Shown: one piece after another, positions 17,715 through 24,071 of the stretch
Numbering within the stretch: the stretch's first letter is position 1
How the letters are laid out: each line of letters begins with the position of its first letter
Assembly: GCA_041946805.1 (NCBI GenBank)
Contig: JBHGBC010000090.1
Location: 1-24,071, forward strand
Length of the DNA: 24,071 nt
Reading direction: 5' to 3'
Origin: a bacterium
Lineage (GTDB): Bacteria > Hinthialibacterota > Hinthialibacteria > Hinthialibacterales > Hinthialibacteraceae
Made by a program: the position numbers and the translations under genes
The notes under the pieces: model-generated
Database searches by the model: none
What the model was told of the DNA's origin: nothing
What the model saw: only the letters and a program-made list of their open reading frames with translations

Positions 17715-19274
17715 ATGACTGTCCGGAATCAACCATCACCCTGTACGAATTGCGCCCTGAACCGGCGTGGATTTCTCCAAGCCGGATGCGCGGCCGCCGC
17801 CGTGGGGCTCCTGGCGGCTCCCCAACGTCTTTGGTCCGCGGAAACCCAGGACAAAGCCAAAATCCGCATCATTTATTCTCTGCACGATGTGGTCCAGCCC
17901 CAGCCGGATTGGCCCAACACCGGTTTCGATTTCGCCCCGGTGATGGAACGCATCCCGGCCGAACTGGCGAAACGGTGCCCCGGTTTTGAATTCGTCACTT
18001 CCATGGCCAAAGGCGAGGAAGAGGCGAAGGCCATCCTGGAAAGCGATAAAGCCGCTAACATCGACGGCTACCTGGTTTATCAACTGAACTGCTGGAACCG
18101 CGTCGTGCAAACCATGGTGGAATCGGGCAAACCGGTTCTGTACGCGGATTTCCAATACGGCGGCAGCGGCGGATTTTTGGTCTACACCGCGGAATTTCTC
18201 CGCAAGAATACGCCTAACTTCGCCTTCGTGGCCTCCTCGAAACTGGAAGACCTTGCCGAAGCCGTCCAATGCTTCTCGTTGATTAAGAAGGGCGGTTCCC
18301 CGGCCGATTTCTCCGCGGCGGTCACGCAAAAGCGGCTTTCCCGCACTCCCGCTCCCGGAGATCGATCCGGCCTGGCCGACCCTCTCAAAACCGTATCTCC
18401 GGATGAATGCATTCAACAAATGAAGCAATCCCGGATCCTCGCCGTCCGGGACCAAAACGCCGAATCCGCCGAACCCCTGTTGGGTATTCCGCTGGAATAC
18501 ATCACTTTCGCGGAAGTGAACAAAGCGTGGGAAAACGCGGACCAGGAGGAAAGCCGGGAAATCGCGGAACGTTGGAAAAAGAACGCTTCTCAGGTCCTCG
18601 GCGTCTCCGATGACACCCTGCTCACCTCCGCCGCCATGTACCTGGGCATGAAGGAGGTCCTGAAACAACACAACGCCAACGCCATCACCATCAACTGCCT
18701 GGGCGGATTCTACGGCGGGCACATCCACGCCTATCCCTGTCTCGGTTTCCACGAATTGAACAATGAGGGCCTCATCGGCGGATGTGAATGCGACGTCAAA
18801 TCGGCGGCGACCATGGTCATGATCACCGCCCTGACCCAGGGGCGCCCCGGCTATATTTCCGATCCGGTGATCGACACCTCCAGGCGGCAAATCATCTACG
18901 CGCACTGCGTCGCTTCCAACAAGGTGTTCGGACCCCAGGGCCGGACCAATCCCTTCAGCATCATGACCCATTCGGAAGACCGCCAGGGAGCGTCGGTCCG
19001 CTCTCTCCTCCCCTTGGGCTACATGACCACCACTCTGGAAATCGAACCGCTGCGCAAAGAAATCCTCTTCCACCAGGGAAAAGCGGTGGCGAATGATCCG
19101 GACGACCGGGCCTGCCGGACCAAACTGGCCGTGGAACCGGTGGGCGATCTCGAAAAACTCTTCACCCAGTGGGATCAATGGGGCTGGCACCGGGTCACCG
19201 CCTATGGGGACTTGAAAGAACCCGTCTACGCCCTGGCTGAACAAATGGGATGGAAAGTCGTCGAGGAAGCGTAG
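17715..19274 (+). CDS. Tat-exported L-fucose/L-arabinose isomerase-like protein, paralogue 2
   Basis: RBS GGAGG and LNRRGFLQ Tat motif. Motifs INCLG, PCLGFHELNNEG..GGCECD, GYISDP, AHCV, CRTK and WHRVTAYGD. Ends KVVEEA versus KTVEEA in paralogue 1. Confidence 0.7.
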   Translation: MTVRNQPSPCTNCALNRRGFLQAGCAAAAVGLLAAPQRLWSAETQDKAKIRIIYSLHDVVQPQPDWPNTGFDFAPVMERIPAELAKRCPGFEFVTSMAKGEEEAKAILESDKAANIDGYLVYQLNCWNRVVQTMVESGKPVLYADFQYGGSGGFLVYTAEFLRKNTPNFAFVASSKLEDLAEAVQCFSLIKKGGSPADFSAAVTQKRLSRTPAPGDRSGLADPLKTVSPDECIQQMKQSRILAVRDQNAESAEPLLGIPLEYITFAEVNKAWENADQEESREIAERWKKNASQVLGVSDDTLLTSAAMYLGMKEVLKQHNANAITINCLGGFYGGHIHAYPCLGFHELNNEGLIGGCECDVKSAATMVMITALTQGRPGYISDPVIDTSRRQIIYAHCVASNKVFGPQGRTNPFSIMTHSEDRQGASVRSLLPLGYMTTTLEIEPLRKEILFHQGKAVANDPDDRACRTKLAVEPVGDLEKLFTQWDQWGWHRVTAYGDLKEPVYALAEQMGWKVVEEA

Positions 19275-19371
19275 TCCCAATTACTCGATGACAGCAGGCC
19301 GGGTACGGAAAACCCAGAAGTATCCTGCCCTCGCGTTGCATGAAAAGATGAATCCCGATTGGACCAAAAGA

Positions 19372-19589
19372 GGTTCATCCGGTATGTGCGTTCTTTTTAT
19401 CTTGAAAGCGCGATCATTCTTTCATCCGTCTGGCTTAAGAGTTCAATCCCAAATCCTCTCTCCCTTCGGATTAGGGTGAGGGAATTTGGCAGGGGTAGGA
19501 GGGGATGATCAAAGTAGCGTGGCTTGTGTGCAACAAAATCCATCCCCTTCCACCAACATCCACCCCAGTGCACGCTTGGCAGATGAGCC
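19372..19589 (+). mobile_element. MITE-like element, copy 3 (218 bp)
   Basis: TIRs GGTTCATCCGGTATGTGCGTTC (19372-93) and GTGCACGCTTGGCAGATGAGCC (19568-89). Decayed internal REP (..CTCTCCC..AGGGTGAGGG). 54/78 ungapped identity to copy 1. Confidence 0.62.
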
Positions 19590-19732
19590 TCCCTTTCCCC
19601 TGGATTTTACCATTCCGCTGTTTTTTGTTGTTGGTTCGGCTTCTTCCTCTCTCTTCAACCACCGTATACAGCCCAGGCCGCTTTGGTTATGCTCAACAGT
19701 GGAATGGTTAAGCGGTTGACGGAGGTGCTACA

Positions 19733-20680
19733 ATGTTAAAATATTACGCATGGCTTTTTGGAATGGCTATCTGGGCCGTCAGCGCGGTGATGAACGGATT
19801 CGCCCAGGATCAATTCATCGATTGCCGTAAATTGGACTCCAGCATCCGTATTACCATCGACGGAAACGGTCAAGATTGGCCGTTGGCCAGTTACGGATCA
19901 CCGGCGTTGCATCAAGGGAACGGATCGAAAACCATGGTGACAGGCGATCATTTCGAACTGGATGCCACGACCGCCTACCGCAATGCCGACGCCAACAATC
20001 CCTATGAGGGACCGGAAGATATGAGCGCCACGACGTACATCGCTTGGGATAACGAAGCCTTCTATCTTCTGGATATCGTCCGGGACAGCGAGATCGGTTT
20101 TGAACATGCCAACGCCAATACGATCGACGCGGATGGCTATTTTACCGGCCAAAGCTCCGGCTATACCAATGATGGAATTGAATTGTGGATGGACAACGAC
20201 AACGACCGCCTTCCCGAACAACTGGGGAGCACACCCAACGATCTGCAGTTTGATATGCTGATCGATGAGACTTTGCAAAAAAGGGATTTTCCCAACTTGG
20301 CTCCCGAAGATTACGGCATGACAATGGACAATTACAGATATCAATACAAGGAAATCTACGGGACCAGCGCGGAGTACAATGACAACGACTATTTGGAAAC
20401 CGACCTGCTTTCCCAAGTTCAGGTTGTCAATACCATCGATGCCGACAATATGGGTTATACCATGGAGATCCGGATCCCCTTCGGCACTTTCAATGAATTG
20501 ACATCGGCCCACCCCATCGGCTTGAATATCTCTTGGATCGATTGGGATAAAGGGGCATTCACCAATTTTTCCTGGGATGGAGTCCTGGCCGATCAACCGC
20601 CTTATTTCGGCGAACTGCGGTTCAGCAGTGACCGGCCCTTGGGTGGGACGCCGGTCAGTTGGTGGCCTCTCTTCGAGTGA
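19733..20680 (+). CDS. Secreted CBM9-like (sugar-binding) domain protein with C-terminal TPVSWWPLFE tail
   Basis: RBS GGAGG and signal peptide (..GFA|QD). CBM9-like motifs ITIDG..DW, IAWDNEAFY, DGIELWMD, GYTMEIRIPF and IGLNI. Very acidic. Confidence 0.78.
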   Translation: MLKYYAWLFGMAIWAVSAVMNGFAQDQFIDCRKLDSSIRITIDGNGQDWPLASYGSPALHQGNGSKTMVTGDHFELDATTAYRNADANNPYEGPEDMSATTYIAWDNEAFYLLDIVRDSEIGFEHANANTIDADGYFTGQSSGYTNDGIELWMDNDNDRLPEQLGSTPNDLQFDMLIDETLQKRDFPNLAPEDYGMTMDNYRYQYKEIYGTSAEYNDNDYLETDLLSQVQVVNTIDADNMGYTMEIRIPFGTFNELTSAHPIGLNISWIDWDKGAFTNFSWDGVLADQPPYFGELRFSSDRPLGGTPVSWWPLFE

Positions 20681-20839
20681 CGATCCGGACCTTCTCCAGC
20701 CCACTTCCGGTCAGACACCACCGCGGCCCCGGGCCACTCGGACCGCCTAGGAGACCGGGCGCATGGATGTACAGGCAGCGGCTCGATTTCAATAACCGCA
20801 ACTATCTACCCGCCTGCAGAAAACAATCCCCAAAATAAA

Positions 20840-21060
20840 GGCTCATCCGGCAACTGCGTACTTTTTTTCAGATGGCCGGTTCGCGTCTCTTTGAAGTGTT
20901 CGATGAAATACACCCCGCCGCCGTGTTCCTCATCCTGGAACTCCGCCGCCGCGCGCTGCCCCAATCAAAACCCGCGCCCCATACCCCCTCCGGCGCCATC
21001 CCGCCCCAGAACAAATCCATCCCCCAACGCCAAAAAACAGGCGGAATAATAAGGATAGCC
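20840..21060 (+). mobile_element. MITE-like element, copy 4 (degenerate, ~221 bp)
   Basis: Left TIR GGCTCATCCGGCAACTGCGTACTT (20840-63). Shares the internal AACAAA(A)TCCATCCCC with copy 3 at a similar offset. Probable decayed right end GGATAGCC (21053-60). Lies between convergent genes. Confidence 0.45.
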
Positions 21061-21092
21061 TCGTCCGGAATGCGAATTCCCTTATCTACAGT

Positions 21093-22325
21093 TCAGGGAT
21101 GGTGAAGTACGTTTAAATTAAGAACTTCATTAAGGATGAGGGAAACCGCCCCCATGGTCTTGCAATGATCGCCCAGTTGAACCGGTTGGATTATAATGTC
21201 CTCCCTGAGATTTCGAAGCGAATGCTTGAAGGCCGCTTGTTTCACCCGGTCCAGCACCAGGTTCTCCGACCGCATGATCCCCCCTCCGAGAATGATGGCT
21301 TGTGGATTTTGCAGATTCATGAGTGTCGCGAGGCCCATTCCCATGTAGTCACACGCCTGGTCGAGAATTTCCCGGCACATCGTGTCCCCTTGCGCCGCCG
21401 CCTGCGCCACCAACCGCGCCGTGATCCGCTCCGGATGATTTCCGCAGAGTTGAAGCAGGAGGCTGCTGGTCATCTGGGAGAGCCGGGCCATGGCGGCGTT
21501 GGCAATCCCCCACCCGGAAGCCAGGGCTTCCAGGCATCCAAAATTGCCGCACTGGCATGGAATATCACTCTGGCCTTCCACGGGAATATGACCGAATTCT
21601 CCGGCCATGCCCCGCGTGCCATAAAAAGGTTTCCCCTCCTGGATAAACGCGGCCCCAATGCCATACCCCCAGAGCACGCAGACAAAATTGTCGATCTGGC
21701 TGCCGATTCCGTAGCACAATTCGCCCAGGGCCATGACGCGGGCGGTGTGATCGAAGCGGATGGGCTTATGAATCAATTCGCCCAGATCCCTGGCCAGGTC
21801 TTTCTCTTCCCAATCGAATATCGCGGAGTACTGGATGACATTGCGGCGCTTATCTATCAGACCGCCAATGGCGATCCCCACGCCCAGCAAATCCCCCTCA
21901 TCGATTCGGGATGTCCGGATCAAGTCCAGTATCAGACGGGCTACCGCACGGATCAACGCGCGATACCCCCGGGATGGCCGGGTGGGAACCTCCTTGTGGG
22001 TTAAAATCCGGGCGTTCAGATCGGTTAGAATTCCGGATATGTGATTGGCGCCGATACTCAATCCCACTACGTAATGATTGTCGCCGGAAAACTCGAGCAA
22101 CTTCGGCGGCCGCCCCCGCGCCACTTCGCCGGATCCCTTTTCACGGATCAGTTTCTCTTGATGGATCAAACTCTCCACCAGCCGGGTAACAGTGGGTAAA
22201 CTGAGACCCAACTCCCGGGCAATCCCGGGACGAGTGGTTCCGCCATTGTTGCGGACCACGTTGAGGATTTTTATTTTGTTGATCCGGCTGACGAATGTTG
22301 TGTCCGTTATGGAGTCTTTCTTCAT
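21093..22325 (-). CDS. ROK-family transcriptional repressor (NagC/XylR-like)
   Basis: N-terminal wHTH (TRPGIARELGLSLPTVTRLV, RGRPP). ROK signature GYGIG, GMAGEFGH, CQCGNFGCLEALAS, IILGGG. Confidence 0.93.
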   Translation of the reverse strand: MKKDSITDTTFVSRINKIKILNVVRNNGGTTRPGIARELGLSLPTVTRLVESLIHQEKLIREKGSGEVARGRPPKLLEFSGDNHYVVGLSIGANHISGILTDLNARILTHKEVPTRPSRGYRALIRAVARLILDLIRTSRIDEGDLLGVGIAIGGLIDKRRNVIQYSAIFDWEEKDLARDLGELIHKPIRFDHTARVMALGELCYGIGSQIDNFVCVLWGYGIGAAFIQEGKPFYGTRGMAGEFGHIPVEGQSDIPCQCGNFGCLEALASGWGIANAAMARLSQMTSSLLLQLCGNHPERITARLVAQAAAQGDTMCREILDQACDYMGMGLATLMNLQNPQAIILGGGIMRSENLVLDRVKQAAFKHSLRNLREDIIIQPVQLGDHCKTMGAVSLILNEVLNLNVLHHP

Positions 22326-22407
22326 GGCCGTCCGCTGTTTCTCTTTCTATGCACGGAAGTATATCGATAGACCCAAGGAATAGCGATAGATATAAATGAA
22401 AATTCTC

Positions 22408-22471
22408 TTGACAAGGGCGCTCGCTCCAGCGTAAGATAATTTCACTATTTAATTATAGATCATAATTAAAT
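22408..22471 (+). promoter_or_regulatory. Sigma-70 promoter of the LamG gene with two overlapping ROK-type operator dyads
   Basis: TTGACA (22408-13), 18 bp, TAAGAT (22432-37). Dyads ATAATT-N9-AATTAT (22436-56) and ATTTAATTAT-N5-ATAATTAAAT (22447-71). Confidence 0.7.
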
Positions 22472-22506
22472 GGCGATCCATTCTACCACCGGAAAGGAAA
22501 TACACA

Positions 22507-23970
22507 ATGAAGATCGGGCGGAAATGGGGTGTCTGGGTGACGCTGCTGGTGACGGTCCTGGCAGGAGGTGCCGCCGCCGAGGTAACTGTCAGCTTTAACT
22601 TCGACAACTTCGTGGGATTGGATTTCACGGACAATACCGGGTACGGATTGCAGGGCCGCATTGTCTCTTCCGCCCTGGAACGGCCGGAACGGATAGCCGG
22701 TGTGAGCGGCGACGAAAGCGACCGGGCCGTCGCCTTCACGGGGAAGGGCGCGCTGGTCGCCGATGACGCGAATACGTTTTCGTTTGACATTCTTCCTCCC
22801 TTCACCATCGAAGTGTGGGCCCGCACGGCCAAGGCCGGCCAGTCCAATACTGCCTTTGTGAGCTACGGTTTCCCCGACAACCAAGACCAGACTTCGGGCG
22901 GATACCGGTTGGGGCTGCAGGATGGGAATCTGGTGTTCAGCATGTATGGGGTGGTGGATGTCCTCAGCGAGGTGGAGTTCCCGGCGGACGGCCAATGGCA
23001 CCATGCCGCCGCCGCGTACGACTACGACATGGGCTTGACGCATTTCTTCCTGGATGGAGAGGAAAAACAGGTGGTGGAGGGGGCGGGGGATGTGAAACTG
23101 CCGGAGCGTCTCGAGGTTTCCTTCGGCGAGGTCTCCCCGGGCTTCCTGTCTTACACGGGGGATCTGGACCGCGTCCGGATCTCCCAGGGCGTTCTGACCG
23201 CTTCCGAACTGGATGCCGTTCCTTCCCAAGTCAAACCCGTTGGGGCCGCGACGGTTGTTTATTTTTCATTTGACGAAGCCAGCGGATATTACCGCAGTCA
23301 GGGCAGTAAACCCGCGCTGGAAGCCGTTCCGGTGATCGACCGCCTGGCTCAGGGTGTCGAATATCAGCAAATTCCGAAGACCGCGGAGATTGTCAGTGAT
23401 TCTCCTTCCGGCAAGGCCGGCGACATGGCCATTTTGTTTACCGGTCAAGAGTTTGCCTTGGTCGAAGATCCCGGCGGCGTGCTGGAGTTTCCCGGAGATT
23501 GGACGCTTGAAGCGTGGATCAAACCGCAATTGGTGACGGACCGCACCAACGCCATGGTCTTGTACGCCTATGGAGCGCCGGGCGGCGGCCACTCGCTGCA
23601 ACTGGCCTATAGCGCGGACGATCCAACCCAGTTGAATGTGCGCGGCACCGCCGTCGGCGTTCTGGATATCCCCGCGCCCAACACCTTCGTGGTGTACGAT
23701 CAATGGCAGCACGTGGCCGTGGCGCATAAAAACGGAGTGTCCATGTCCTTCTTCCTCAATGGAAAATTCTCCGAAGAGATCGAATACACCCAGGGCATGC
23801 TCCCCCGCACCAATGAATTGCTGTACATCGGCACCTGGCCCAACGCCCTGGCTTTTGCGTATGTTGGCACGCTGGACCGCATCCGTTTCAGCGACCGCGC
23901 GTTGACGGAAACCGAGTTGGACTCCAATCCCACTACATTCACGCGAGTCGAGATCTGGGATTTGTATTGA
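22507..23970 (+). CDS. Secreted protein with two LamG-like (concanavalin A-like) jellyroll domains and C-terminal TRVEIWDLY tail
   Basis: RBS GAAAGGA and signal peptide (..GAAA|EV). Internal duplication FTIEVW/WTLEAW, QWHHAAAAY/QWQHVAVAH, YTGDLDRVRIS..LTASELD/YVGTLDRIRFS..LTETELD. Confidence 0.85.
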   Translation: MKIGRKWGVWVTLLVTVLAGGAAAEVTVSFNFDNFVGLDFTDNTGYGLQGRIVSSALERPERIAGVSGDESDRAVAFTGKGALVADDANTFSFDILPPFTIEVWARTAKAGQSNTAFVSYGFPDNQDQTSGGYRLGLQDGNLVFSMYGVVDVLSEVEFPADGQWHHAAAAYDYDMGLTHFFLDGEEKQVVEGAGDVKLPERLEVSFGEVSPGFLSYTGDLDRVRISQGVLTASELDAVPSQVKPVGAATVVYFSFDEASGYYRSQGSKPALEAVPVIDRLAQGVEYQQIPKTAEIVSDSPSGKAGDMAILFTGQEFALVEDPGGVLEFPGDWTLEAWIKPQLVTDRTNAMVLYAYGAPGGGHSLQLAYSADDPTQLNVRGTAVGVLDIPAPNTFVVYDQWQHVAVAHKNGVSMSFFLNGKFSEEIEYTQGMLPRTNELLYIGTWPNALAFAYVGTLDRIRFSDRALTETELDSNPTTFTRVEIWDLY

Positions 23971-24004
23971 TAGAAATACGGCCGGCTCACGGATTAGAAA
24001 AAAT

Positions 24005-24071
24005 GGCTCATCCGGGAAGTGCGTACTTATTCTTTTTGTTTTGCTATGCTATTCCATCAAACCGTCTAGAG
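24005..24071 (+). mobile_element. MITE-like element, copy 5 (left end only; cut by the window edge)
   Basis: GGCTCATCCGGGAAGTGCGTACTT matches 20840-63 at 22/24 positions. It continues with ATTCTT like copy 2 and has CCGTCT at a similar offset to copy 3. Confidence 0.55.

Overview
GC-rich bacterial accessory region dominated by exported, carbohydrate-related and regulatory genes. In order: the 3' part of a GH10-like glycoside hydrolase, an exported xylose-isomerase-like TIM-barrel protein, a Tat-exported DUF362 protein, a class C beta-lactamase-family serine hydrolase, a large secreted beta-propeller, an ECF sigma/zinc anti-sigma pair followed by a small GFLGFLGF membrane protein, a MerR-VWA operon, two Tat-exported L-fucose-isomerase-like paralogues flanking an orphan GspG-like prepilin gene, a secreted CBM9-like protein, and a ROK repressor divergent from a secreted tandem-LamG protein. 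I found no rRNA, tRNA, CRISPR array or transposase. Two signals stand out. (1) Unrelated secreted proteins end in the same motif, T-x-V-x-x-W-x-L-[FY], a candidate C-terminal sorting signal. (2) A ~220-260 bp MITE-like element with GG(C/T)TCATCCGG...TGCGTAC terminal inverted repeats occurs in about five diverged intergenic copies, three of them carrying an internal REP-like hairpin. Protein style suggests a Sumerlaeota/Hinthialibacterota(OLB16)-like lineage, which is inference from recollection only. All family calls come from motif recognition by eye; no searches were run.
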